From contig JAJVIP010000010.1 in assembly GCA_022072025.1 (NCBI GenBank), positions 178,050-242,049 on the forward strand: a DNA stretch of 64,000 nt, read 5' to 3'. The position numbers were made by a program, and so were the translations under genes. The notes beneath the pieces are model-generated. The model worked only from the letters and a program-made list of their open reading frames with translations. It was not told the DNA's origin and searched no databases. Shown piece by piece: positions 27,240 through 36,122 of this stretch. How positions within the stretch are numbered: the first letter of the stretch is position 1; each line of letters begins with the position of its first letter. The stretch is from Elusimicrobiota bacterium (GTDB lineage: Bacteria > Elusimicrobiota > Elusimicrobia > F11).

Positions 27240-27707
27240 CTATCGGCGTGAGGCTCGCGCGATCGCCACCGCGGGGTTTTTAACAATACTAATGAAATCC
27301 TTGAAGGCTCCCAAAAGGGCTTTGGGTTGTTTTTTAGCGTCATCAAATTTCACACCCAAAACCCAACTCCCGGAGACAGGAGCTTTTCGAACCCATGTGA
27401 TTTTCCCTTCAATGAACGGGGAACCTTCATCATCATAAAAAAGGTCCTGCACTTTGACGGGGGATCCTTTGGAGAAATTGAAATCTTCGAAACGGACATG
27501 TTTGATGCTTTCTTTGCTTTCCCCTTTTTCCGCTAGATGAGAAACATTCAGACCGGGCGCCAATTCCAACTGCATGCCTTTTTCATTCACATCTTTTGCC
27601 CACATTTCTACTTCGACCAATTCATCAGATAATTTTGGCAATGTGCAGCGCACCAACACGGCGACTTGCCACCTCTTCCCCTTGCGTCTCTCTTTGCCGG
27701 ATTTCAT
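27240..27707 (-). CDS. PilZ-domain protein (putative c-di-GMP receptor)
   Basis: 155 aa; RRKGKRW (RxxxR) and DVNEKG (DxSxxG-like) PilZ motifs; next to the HD-GYP gene. Confidence 0.5.
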   Translation of the reverse strand: MKSGKERRKGKRWQVAVLVRCTLPKLSDELVEVEMWAKDVNEKGMQLELAPGLNVSHLAEKGESKESIKHVRFEDFNFSKGSPVKVQDLFYDDEGSPFIEGKITWVRKAPVSGSWVLGVKFDDAKKQPKALLGAFKDFISIVKNPAVAIARASRR

Positions 27708-27768
27708 GGAAAGCCCCCTTTAAAAACATAAATAGTCGTTTGGTATTCAGTGATGTGATTATAGAAGT

Positions 27769-28863
27769 TTATTTGGAAAGGGCCAGGAATGCTTCAACCA
27801 CATTTTTGTCAAATTTGGTTCCCGTGCCCTCGCGAATAAGCTGATCGACAGCTTTGGTGTAGTCTTCTCCGATCACTCCGTTGATGTGTAGCTCCTCCAA
27901 ATTTTCCACAAAACAGATAATCCGGGAAGCCAAAGGAATATCCTCTCCCACCAATCCATCGGGATGACCAGTCCCGTCAAAATACTCGTGGTGGTGCAGA
28001 ATAATGGGCGCAATATTCTCGAGCAATTTGATGTGTCTCACCAGTTCCGCGCCCACCAGCGGGTGAAGTTTTTCGGGGGTGCGTTCCATCGTTTTGGTCA
28101 ATACATTCGGCAGATAACGCAAATCATGCACCGCCACCATGCCAATATCATGCAGGATGGCCCCGTAGTAGAGATGTCGATAATCTTCTCCCGCGATTCC
28201 CAATTCGCGCCCAATGCGGCACGACAACTCCGCCACTCGGTACGAATGCCCGGTCATCCTTGAATCAGCCCCTTCTATGGCCATGGTGATGATCTCAATG
28301 GTGTGAGAAAAAAAGTTTCGATAATCTTCACTCAACCGCGCGTTGTTAATAGAGGTCGCCGCCAAGGCCGCCAAATTCTCCATAATGGCTTTGTCCGTTT
28401 CGGAATACCCGCCATTGACTTTATTCAGAGCCTCCGCCACGCCAATCAATTGACCATTCACCACCATCGGAACCGCCAAAATTGATTTCGTTGAAAATCC
28501 GCTGGATTTGTCAATTTGGCCAGTGAACCGGGTATCCGAGGCCACATCGTTAATAATGACGGATTTTTGATTTTCAGCCACCCATCCAGCCACTCCTTTT
28601 CCCATGGGAACGTAAAAACGTTTTACGGAAGCGCCCTTTTCTCCGGTGGCCACCTTAAAAACCAATTGTTTTTTATTCGAGTCCAATAAAAGAATCGAAG
28701 CCGCTTCCGACCCCGTCATCCTCTCCACCGCCGCGCTGATTTCCCCCAACAGCGTGTCAACGTCTTGGCTCGTGGCCCATACTTTGGCCATTTCAATGAC
28801 CTCGGCTTCGTTGAGGTTGATGTCGGTCCCGAAAAGGTGCGCTTCTTTATTGGGTAGCTGCAA
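27769..28863 (-). CDS. GAF-HD-GYP domain c-di-GMP phosphodiesterase
   Basis: 364 aa; N-terminal GAF; HD motif (ILHDIGM) and HHEYFDGTGHPDGL HD-GYP signature. Confidence 0.8.
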   Translation of the reverse strand: MQLPNKEAHLFGTDINLNEAEVIEMAKVWATSQDVDTLLGEISAAVERMTGSEAASILLLDSNKKQLVFKVATGEKGASVKRFYVPMGKGVAGWVAENQKSVIINDVASDTRFTGQIDKSSGFSTKSILAVPMVVNGQLIGVAEALNKVNGGYSETDKAIMENLAALAATSINNARLSEDYRNFFSHTIEIITMAIEGADSRMTGHSYRVAELSCRIGRELGIAGEDYRHLYYGAILHDIGMVAVHDLRYLPNVLTKTMERTPEKLHPLVGAELVRHIKLLENIAPIILHHHEYFDGTGHPDGLVGEDIPLASRIICFVENLEELHINGVIGEDYTKAVDQLIREGTGTKFDKNVVEAFLALSK

Positions 28864-30580
28864 ACACTTCCTCCATGGTGGTCACGCCATTTGTCACTTT
28901 AATAAGGCCGTCCAACAACATCAGTCGCATGCCATTTTTCACCGCTTGTTCCCGAATGGGTTGAGCCGAAACTTCAGTTAAAAGAATACGCCGAATGTCA
29001 TCATCCATCAGTAACAGTTCATGTATACCCGCCCGGCCCTTGAATCCGGTTTTATTACAGGTATCACATCCTTTGCCCTTCATGAATTTGGCTTTTGAAA
29101 TATCAATCTGATACTTCTCAAAAACGACTTTCATTTCATCGGTGGCTTGGGTTGGCTTGGCGCAACTTGAACATACGCGACGCACCAACCGTTGGGCCAA
29201 AACTCCTTCCACCGTCCCGCTCACCAAAAATGAGGGCACTCCCATCTCATGTAAACGCGCCACCGCGGAAGGGGCATCGTTGGTGTGGATCGTTGAAAAA
29301 ACCAAGTGACCGGTCATGGCCGCTTCCATGGCGATCTGAGCCGTTTCTTTATCACGAATTTCACCCACCATGATGATATCGGGGTCTTGGCGCAAAAAGG
29401 CACGCAAGGCTTCAGCAAACGTGAACCCAATGTCTGGGTTCACGTTGGTTTGGATGATACCGGACAAATTGTATTCGACAGGGTTTTCAGCGGTCAGAAT
29501 TTTCGTGTCGGGATTGTTGATCGAATTGAGAGCGGCATACAGCGTGGTTGATTTTCCTGAACCCGTTGGACCGCAAACAAGAATCAGTCCATACGGGCGG
29601 GCCAACACATTCTTAAATTTCTCAAGCAATTCCGGGTGAAACCCCAACTTATTTAAATCCACACGGACACTCGCCCGGTCCAACACCCGCATCACACAAG
29701 ATTCTCCAAAAACAGTGGGCACAATGTTGACGCGGAATTCCACCGGATTTCCCTTGGCGCTGACTTGAATGCGTCCATCTTGCGGTTTTCGACGTTCTGT
29801 GATGTCCATTTGATTGGTCATAATTTTTATTTTGGCTATCACCGCATTTCGATAGGACATGGGAATCTGAAACGCAGCTTCCCGAAGATTGCCATCCACT
29901 CTGTAACGAACCAGAAATTTTGATTCAAAAGGTTCGATGTGAATATCTGAGGCTTTGCTCTGCAGGGCCCCCACAATGACGGCGTTGACAATACGCTCCA
30001 CTTCCGGGGCCGACGCGTCCACTTCCGTGACATCAACGGCCTCCTCCATTTTCTCAAGCGAAATCGCCCCATCGGTCTCAGGAATTTGTTCGGTGATGCC
30101 TTTCACCATGTCTTCGGCGCTGACCGAAGCCGCCACGCCATACACCTTGCCCAACTCGCGCAAGATGTCTTCCGGCAAGGCCAAATAGCTTTGAACCTCA
30201 AAACCCGTCCTTAAATGAATATCTTCAGAAATAAAAAAGTCCCGCGGGTCGGCCATCGCCACCAAAAGCACGCGTTCCTCTTTGGCAAAGGGAATGGCGA
30301 AGTGCCGGCGCGCATTTTGTTCAGAAACGATTTTTACGACCTCGGGATCCACATCCATTTCGGCCAAATCCACCGCGCGAACACGCCATTCTTTGGAAAG
30401 GGTTTGCAATACATCCACCCGTTCCACGAGTCCCATGTCCACCACCACTTGCTGAAGAGGCTTCTGCGTGTTTTTGGCTTCCACCGCCGCTTTTTCAAGC
30501 TGGTCCGCCGCTAAGAGCTTGTGCTCAAGGAAAATATCCTTGATTGTTTTCCGCCCCAATATGTTCGGATTATTTGCCAT
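28847..30580 (-). CDS. gspE: GspE/PilB-family secretion ATPase (type II secretion / type IV pilus assembly)
   Basis: 577 aa; N-terminal T2SSE_N domain, Walker A LVCGPTGSGKSTTL, Asp/His boxes, C-terminal tetracysteine CSSC...CDTC. Confidence 0.85.
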   Translation of the reverse strand: MANNPNILGRKTIKDIFLEHKLLAADQLEKAAVEAKNTQKPLQQVVVDMGLVERVDVLQTLSKEWRVRAVDLAEMDVDPEVVKIVSEQNARRHFAIPFAKEERVLLVAMADPRDFFISEDIHLRTGFEVQSYLALPEDILRELGKVYGVAASVSAEDMVKGITEQIPETDGAISLEKMEEAVDVTEVDASAPEVERIVNAVIVGALQSKASDIHIEPFESKFLVRYRVDGNLREAAFQIPMSYRNAVIAKIKIMTNQMDITERRKPQDGRIQVSAKGNPVEFRVNIVPTVFGESCVMRVLDRASVRVDLNKLGFHPELLEKFKNVLARPYGLILVCGPTGSGKSTTLYAALNSINNPDTKILTAENPVEYNLSGIIQTNVNPDIGFTFAEALRAFLRQDPDIIMVGEIRDKETAQIAMEAAMTGHLVFSTIHTNDAPSAVARLHEMGVPSFLVSGTVEGVLAQRLVRRVCSSCAKPTQATDEMKVVFEKYQIDISKAKFMKGKGCDTCNKTGFKGRAGIHELLLMDDDIRRILLTEVSAQPIREQAVKNGMRLMLLDGLIKVTNGVTTMEEVFAATQ

Positions 30581-30597
30581 ATTTTTTACACGTCAAG

Positions 30598-30697
30598 GGC
30601 TCCACACGACGGAGCCACTTTTCCGGGGCTTGTATCCCCGGAAAAGTACCGCGGTAAGGTAACCCCGGACTTACGTCCGGGCTTTGGCCGCAGTAAA
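30598..30697. repeat. Palindromic repeat element, family B copy 2 (three consecutive hairpins), in the gspE/HK divergent spacer
   Basis: ggctcc-acacgac-ggagcc; acttttccgggg-cttgtat-ccccggaaaagt; ccccggac-ttac-gtccggg. First hairpin differs in sequence but keeps its pairing relative to copy 1 (compensatory). Confidence 0.6.
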
Positions 30698-30721
30698 TGT
30701 CTCCGCTCAGTATAAAGTGGG

Positions 30722-30750
30722 TTGACAATAATTCAATCCCCAGTTCTAAT
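30722..30750 (+). promoter_or_regulatory. Candidate sigma70-type promoter for the HK/RR operon
   Basis: TTGACA at 30722-30727, 17-nt spacer, TCTAAT at 30745-30750, about 22 nt upstream of ATG 30773. Judged by consensus match only. Confidence 0.35.
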
Positions 30751-30772
30751 TTGTGTAAGATTCACCCCTTTT

Positions 30773-32263
30773 ATGGCGACCAAACGAATGCCGCTCAAAT
30801 TGAAATTGGCCTTTTTTTCCACTTTGTTGGTGGTATTTGTCGCTGTGAGTTTGAGCACATTCATTCGCCAAGGCCAAAAAAAAGCCATTGTTGAAACCCA
30901 AAAAACGGCACGATTAGACACGGTGAAAGCGTTGAGACAAGTGGCCCGGGAAGCCATCCTGGTGGATGATGACACGGGTCTCGTCAATTACGTGAATTTG
31001 CTTCAAAAGTCTCTTACCACGGCCCATGCGATGGTCATTGATGAACAGGGACGCATCCGCGTCCACACCGACCCCACCCTGATTGGAACCAAAGTGGATG
31101 ACCCCGCCTCACTAAAAGCCCTCGAAAGCCGCGATCGGCAAGACGTTGTTGTTCAGAATCTCACCTCTCCTGACGGGAAAAACATACTGGATTATTCCAT
31201 CCCCATCCTGCTCGGGCAAAATCCGGCCGAATACAGAGGCGTGGCGCGCATTGGGTTCGACAAAAACGTGATTGACGAAGAAATTCAAGAATCCCTTCGC
31301 ATTATGGACCAACGGATCAAAGGGGCCTTCTTTTTGGCTTTAATTCTGGGAATTGTCGGGGCCTTTTTACTGGCCACCTTCATCACGAAACCCATCGAAA
31401 CCCTGCGAACCGGCGCCCAACAAATTGGAGAAGGAAAATTGAGTCATCGAATCGAAGTCCACACGAACGATGAACTGCGCGAACTGGCCGATGACTTCAA
31501 CGCGATGGCCAAAAAACTGGGCGAACTCGATGAAATGAAACAAGATTTCGTATCCAACGTGACCCATGAACTCAGGTCTCCCATGACCTCCATTCGCGGA
31601 TACGTCGATCTTCTGCTTCAAGGAGCTCCAAGCTCCCTTTCTCAAACCCAAAAAGATTATCTGTCCGTCATTAAAAACAGCGCCGTTCGTTTGGGTCGGT
31701 TCATCGACAACTTGTTGGATGTCGCCAAAATTGAGGCCAACAAACTGAACCTGACCCCTGAATCCCTCTCTCTTCACGAACTGGGTTATGAAATGACCGT
31801 CCTTTTCAAGCCGCAACTGGATGAAAAAGGGATAGTTCTTAAAAATCTCATCCCGAAAGAAATGCCTCCCGCCTTTGTTGACAAGGACAAACTCGCCGAG
31901 GTGTTTATCAACTTGACCTCGAACGCCATCAAATTCACCCCTGAAAAAGGGACCATTGAATTCCAAGCCGCGGAAGGAGAAAAACATTTGGAAGTACGCG
32001 TTCAAGACAATGGCCCTGGAATTCCAGAGGACAAAGCTGCCAAACTGTTCAATAAGTTTGAACAGGTGAAGTCGAATCAAGGATTGGCGCGCAAACACAA
32101 AGGCACCGGATTGGGCCTGACCATCGCCAAAGGCATCATTGAGGCCCATGGGGGAAAAATATGGATCAAAAGCCCCGGACCTCATGGCGTGGGAACCGCG
32201 TTCTATTTTTCTGTTCCAAAACTGACCGCTGAATTAAAAGAGAGGCTTGCGAATGACATTTGA
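30773..32263 (+). CDS. Sensor histidine kinase (TM sensor, HAMP, HisKA, HATPase_c)
   Basis: Track start 30722 is a TTG inside a promoter-like sequence, so ATG 30773 is preferred. Two TM segments, HAMP, H-box VTHELRSPMTSIRGY, N/G1/G2 boxes (NAIKFT, DNGPGI, GTGLGL). Confidence 0.85.
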   Translation: MATKRMPLKLKLAFFSTLLVVFVAVSLSTFIRQGQKKAIVETQKTARLDTVKALRQVAREAILVDDDTGLVNYVNLLQKSLTTAHAMVIDEQGRIRVHTDPTLIGTKVDDPASLKALESRDRQDVVVQNLTSPDGKNILDYSIPILLGQNPAEYRGVARIGFDKNVIDEEIQESLRIMDQRIKGAFFLALILGIVGAFLLATFITKPIETLRTGAQQIGEGKLSHRIEVHTNDELRELADDFNAMAKKLGELDEMKQDFVSNVTHELRSPMTSIRGYVDLLLQGAPSSLSQTQKDYLSVIKNSAVRLGRFIDNLLDVAKIEANKLNLTPESLSLHELGYEMTVLFKPQLDEKGIVLKNLIPKEMPPAFVDKDKLAEVFINLTSNAIKFTPEKGTIEFQAAEGEKHLEVRVQDNGPGIPEDKAAKLFNKFEQVKSNQGLARKHKGTGLGLTIAKGIIEAHGGKIWIKSPGPHGVGTAFYFSVPKLTAELKERLANDI

Positions 32264-32948
32264 AATCAAGAGGAAGATTCTCGTCGTCGATGATGATCCC
32301 GATATCCGCCGCCTTGTAGAAACCGTTTTGGAACGTGATGGGTTCAGTGTTCAATCAGCCTCCTCTGCCGCCGAATTCTTTAAAACTCTGGCCGCCTTTA
32401 AGCCTGACTTGGTCGTTCTGGATCTTCAATTGCCCGACATGGATGGGTTTGGAATCATCAAGAAACTTCGGGCCGACCCGATGACGCTTCATTTGCCGGT
32501 GGTGATGCTTACGGTGCAATCCATCGACTCCTATAAAATCGCGGGGCTTGAAATTGGCGCCGACGATTACATCGTCAAACCCTTCAACCATGGCGAGTTT
32601 GTGGCGCGCATCAAAGCGCTTTTAAGACGTTCCAAACCCAAAGATCCTTCCCACGGTATTGTTGAAGCCTCCGGAATCCGGTTGAACCTCGATCAACATC
32701 GAGTCGAGATTGATAACAAGGTTGTGGATCTTTCTCCAAAAGAATTTGATTTATTGGCCGCCCTCATGCGCGCCAAAAACACGGTGCTCACGCGCGAGAC
32801 GCTCTGCGAATCCGTCTGGGGCCATGAACTGGTCGGCAACACGCGCACCGTGGACGTTCATGTGGGAAGACTCCGCCGGAAGTTGGGCGCCCACGAGAAA
32901 AAAATTGAAACAGTCGAACGCATCGGCTACCGCTTTTTGGCGGAATAA
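32253..32948 (+). CDS. OmpR-family response regulator (REC + winged-helix)
   Basis: Start moved to ATG 32253 with AGAGG RBS (track TTG 32247); receiver with VVDDD, D at LDLQLPDMDG, K at YIVKPF; C-terminal trans_reg_C. Confidence 0.85.
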   Translation: MTFEIKRKILVVDDDPDIRRLVETVLERDGFSVQSASSAAEFFKTLAAFKPDLVVLDLQLPDMDGFGIIKKLRADPMTLHLPVVMLTVQSIDSYKIAGLEIGADDYIVKPFNHGEFVARIKALLRRSKPKDPSHGIVEASGIRLNLDQHRVEIDNKVVDLSPKEFDLLAALMRAKNTVLTRETLCESVWGHELVGNTRTVDVHVGRLRRKLGAHEKKIETVERIGYRFLAE

Positions 32949-33020
32949 CCCCATTCGATCGCTCCAAATGATGACGCATCAGTTTCCTGTTTTTCCACGA
33001 ATAAATTTTCGGATTGCATT

Positions 33021-33047
33021 CCTCCCCACGCCGTACAGTGGGGAGGT
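33021..33047 (+). terminator. GC-rich hairpin downstream of the response regulator (possible terminator lacking U-tract)
   Basis: cctccccac-gccgtacag-gtggggagg: 9-bp perfect stem, 9-nt loop, 73 nt after the RR stop; no T-run follows. Confidence 0.3.
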
Positions 33048-33196
33048 TGGGAGGGGCAACAAGTGGGGACTCTATAGTTTTTTCAAGGCGACCCTCCTCG
33101 TCGCCTGCCGGGACATCGACAGAGCAATGTCACGTTATTTCCTGCGGTTGTCTTAGGCGTTCCATTAACAGAACGAATTCTTTATAATCCCGTTCT

Positions 33197-34519
33197 ATGA
33201 AGAGTACGGAAGATACCCGATACAGTCTAAGAATTCTATTGGCAGAATCTCATGAGAAAACCTGGCCATCCTTAATCAAACGCGATTTCAATTGGGATTT
33301 GCTGAGTTCCACGCGATTACTCACCTTGGTTGGACCGCGTCGTGCAGGAAAAACTTTTCTGTGTTACCAAATCCTACGCCACCTACTGGACCAAGGGACC
33401 CCACGCCACCGTTTGCTCTATCTCAATTTTGAAGATGAAAGGCTTTATCCCATGTCTGGTCAGGAGCTCACTCTTTTATTGGATGTGTACGAAGAACTCT
33501 TTCCTTGGAAATCAGCGGACCCTCTCTATGTGGTTCTAGACGAGATTCAGAACGTGCCGCAGTGGTCGAGATGGGCCCGGCGGGTACATGAACAGCATCC
33601 CAAGCTTCATTTAATTCTGACCGGATCTTCCTCAAAATTGCTTTCAACTGAGCTGGCCACAGAACTGCGCGGACGAACTTTGGGTTTCTCCGTCTATCCC
33701 TATTCATTCAGTGAGAGACTTCGCGCGGAGGGCGAGGATAACGCCGTATCATCTCTCATGCTTCATGGCCGGGGAAAAAATCGTATGAGACGGTCATTTG
33801 ATCAATTTCTGCTTAAAGGAGGATTTCCAGAACCGTGCCTGCAAGAAAATCCACAACCTGTTTTGCAGTCTTACTATCAAACGATGTTCATGAGAGATCT
33901 GGTTGAACGATATCGAATTAACAACGTGCCTTTATTTGAGGATTTTCTCAAAGTGGCCATCAGCCGTTTCGGATCTCTTTTTTCGGTTTCAGCGCTCCAC
34001 AAAGAACTCGAAGCGCGACATGGCCGAGTGAGCAAAGCGACGCTTGTTCAATACACGCGCTACGCGCGCGAGGTATTTCTTCTCTTCGAACTTCACCGTT
34101 TTGACTTCAAAATAAGGCGCCAACTGTTGCACCCTCGAAAGCTCTATGGCGTGGACGTGGGCCTTTTGAATGCTATTCGCTTTTCCTCCACAGAGGATCG
34201 AGGAAGACTTCTGGAAAACGCGGTTTATCTCGAGCTGCTCCGGCGACCCGCCGAGCTTTATTTTTGGCGACAGGAAGCCGAGTGTGATTTCCTAATAAAA
34301 GAGGGGAAAAAAGTAACGCAAGCCATTCAAGTATCTTGGTCGGTGGAAAAACCTGAAACCCGGGAACGGGAGTTAAGAGGGCTTCTAGAGGCAACCACCC
34401 AGTTTCATTTGAAAGAAGGACTCATTTTAACGGCCGGAGAAACAGCTGATTTCAAACGAGAACACTGCCGTATTCGAGTTCGACCTTTTTGGTACTGGGC
34501 TATAGGAGGGCAAAATTAA
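33197..34519 (+). CDS. AAA+ ATPase of the COG1373 / DUF4143 family
   Basis: 440 aa; Walker A GPRRAGKT, Walker B VVLDEIQ, DUF4143-like C-terminal region; TATAAT at 33183-33188 just upstream of the ATG suggests a short or absent leader. Confidence 0.75.
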   Translation: MKSTEDTRYSLRILLAESHEKTWPSLIKRDFNWDLLSSTRLLTLVGPRRAGKTFLCYQILRHLLDQGTPRHRLLYLNFEDERLYPMSGQELTLLLDVYEELFPWKSADPLYVVLDEIQNVPQWSRWARRVHEQHPKLHLILTGSSSKLLSTELATELRGRTLGFSVYPYSFSERLRAEGEDNAVSSLMLHGRGKNRMRRSFDQFLLKGGFPEPCLQENPQPVLQSYYQTMFMRDLVERYRINNVPLFEDFLKVAISRFGSLFSVSALHKELEARHGRVSKATLVQYTRYAREVFLLFELHRFDFKIRRQLLHPRKLYGVDVGLLNAIRFSSTEDRGRLLENAVYLELLRRPAELYFWRQEAECDFLIKEGKKVTQAIQVSWSVEKPETRERELRGLLEATTQFHLKEGLILTAGETADFKREHCRIRVRPFWYWAIGGQN

Positions 34520-34535
34520 CCCCAGTGCTTGCCGG

Positions 34536-36110
34536 TTAGGCCGCGGAGAGAAGGGCGCGGCGCTGAAGTCCCCAATCCTCTAGCTGAAGAATTTTAGAAA
34601 GGCCCTCCAACGATTCAAACAAGATTTTCAATAAAGTTTGATCCTTCGACTGGATCGTCACGGCGCGAGAGTGAATAAAGGCCAGTTGAGCCAGACTCAG
34701 ATTGTTTTGTTGAGCGAAACCCTCCGCCCGAAAGACCTTCTTTCCTTCTTTCGTATTCTCAAACCATGAGGCTCGCGCCATACTTGCACTATCCGCGTCG
34801 TCCTGGACACGAATATCCATATTTCGATTTTGAAACTCGCGGATGACACTCATTATTCTGGAATTTTCAGTTGAACGACCATTATCGCCTGTTGACGGTG
34901 AATCTTTTAGAGTCGTCATCCCGGCATGCTTCCTGGCCGGGATCCAGGTTTTTTCCTCAGAGAAAACCTGGGCCCCGGCCAAAAGATTGCCGGGGCGACG
35001 ATTTATCTGAATATTTCCGGTTAATGAATCGCTCAAGCCCCCTTCGCCTTCCACAACAACCCTCACCTCTTGTTGGAAGTGGAAAGCCACCACCAACGCC
35101 GACTTCAATTGATCTCTCATGGATTTGGGATTTTCCATCATCGACCGGTCCACCACAAGGACGCTGATTTTTCGAGTTAACAGCCCCCGCAACAACTCAA
35201 GATCCTGCGGTTTCTCGCCGGCCAACGCCAGTATTCCCACCACCAACTCCTTGTCTTTCTCCCGAATGTTGATCCCCTGTAAAACGTTGTGAAAGCCTGC
35301 TTGAAAATCACGGTTCGCAACAAGCTGGCTCAGTTGTAGGGGCGACGTCTCCAAGCCCCTCCCTTTTTTCCCGGATACGTCCGAAACCCGAATCCCCTCG
35401 CCAACCAAGGTCCATTGCACCGCTTGGCCAGGTTCTTGTTGGATCAGCGCCTTCACAATTTTCCCCAACCGCTGGCCGGCCAGATAAGAAGGGGGGAGAG
35501 AAGTCAGAAACGGCGCCGTGGCGATGGCAGTACGGTCTGGGCGGCGATCATTCCAGTCTTTGTGGAAAATCCAAAAATAATAGAGCTGGAAAAACACCAG
35601 GCCAACAACCGCGCTCCCCATCAACCACGCGCCGACAGCTCCGCTCAGCAATGAGTTCCAAAGTAAGAGAAGAACCCAGGAAGCCAAAACCCCCGGAGAA
35701 TGGAATTTCAGAGAGCCCATAAAAATTTCGATGCGATCCAAGGGCGTGGCGTGGTCAAGCCGATAGACCCACCCCTTGTTTTCCAGACTTTTAATCACCA
35801 CTTGATTCCAGTGCGGCAACAAGAACAAAATATTGACCCCCACATGAATGACCAAAGCCATCACGGCCGCGGAACTCGCCTCCAGACCGATGAGATCCCC
35901 CTCCGAAGTCGCTTTAATGAACAAAAGCCAAATCGCGATCACATTGGCCATCGTGTACATCATCGTGGCAATCAACACTTCCTTCTTTAAGGCCTCTTTA
36001 ACACTCTCAGGGTTGACCTTCCTTTCATCATTGACCTCCACCAACGACGGCCACATGGCTTGAGGAGAAGAACTTTCTTTTCCGTTTTTATTATATGTTG
36101 TATTAAACAA
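34536..36110 (-). CDS. Multi-pass membrane protein of unknown function with in-frame repeat-element A insertion (possible ATG start at 36056)
   Basis: Track start is a TTG at 36110; ATG at 36056 (MWPSL...) is an alternative. Several hydrophobic helices in the N-terminal 200 aa; the family A element at 34897-35030 is read through in-frame (...NRRPGNLLAGAQVF..KTWIPARKHAGMT...). Confidence 0.5.
   Translation of the reverse strand: MFNTTYNKNGKESSSPQAMWPSLVEVNDERKVNPESVKEALKKEVLIATMMYTMANVIAIWLLFIKATSEGDLIGLEASSAAVMALVIHVGVNILFLLPHWNQVVIKSLENKGWVYRLDHATPLDRIEIFMGSLKFHSPGVLASWVLLLLWNSLLSGAVGAWLMGSAVVGLVFFQLYYFWIFHKDWNDRRPDRTAIATAPFLTSLPPSYLAGQRLGKIVKALIQQEPGQAVQWTLVGEGIRVSDVSGKKGRGLETSPLQLSQLVANRDFQAGFHNVLQGINIREKDKELVVGILALAGEKPQDLELLRGLLTRKISVLVVDRSMMENPKSMRDQLKSALVVAFHFQQEVRVVVEGEGGLSDSLTGNIQINRRPGNLLAGAQVFSEEKTWIPARKHAGMTTLKDSPSTGDNGRSTENSRIMSVIREFQNRNMDIRVQDDADSASMARASWFENTKEGKKVFRAEGFAQQNNLSLAQLAFIHSRAVTIQSKDQTLLKILFESLEGLSKILQLEDWGLQRRALLSAA
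34897..35030. repeat. Palindromic repeat element, family A copy 3, inside the 34536-36110 CDS
   Basis: ~90% identical to 21913-22050 including flanking gtgaat...tgaat motifs; 134 bp; no stop codons in the host frame. Confidence 0.6.
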
Positions 36111-36122
36111 TAATATAGGTTA

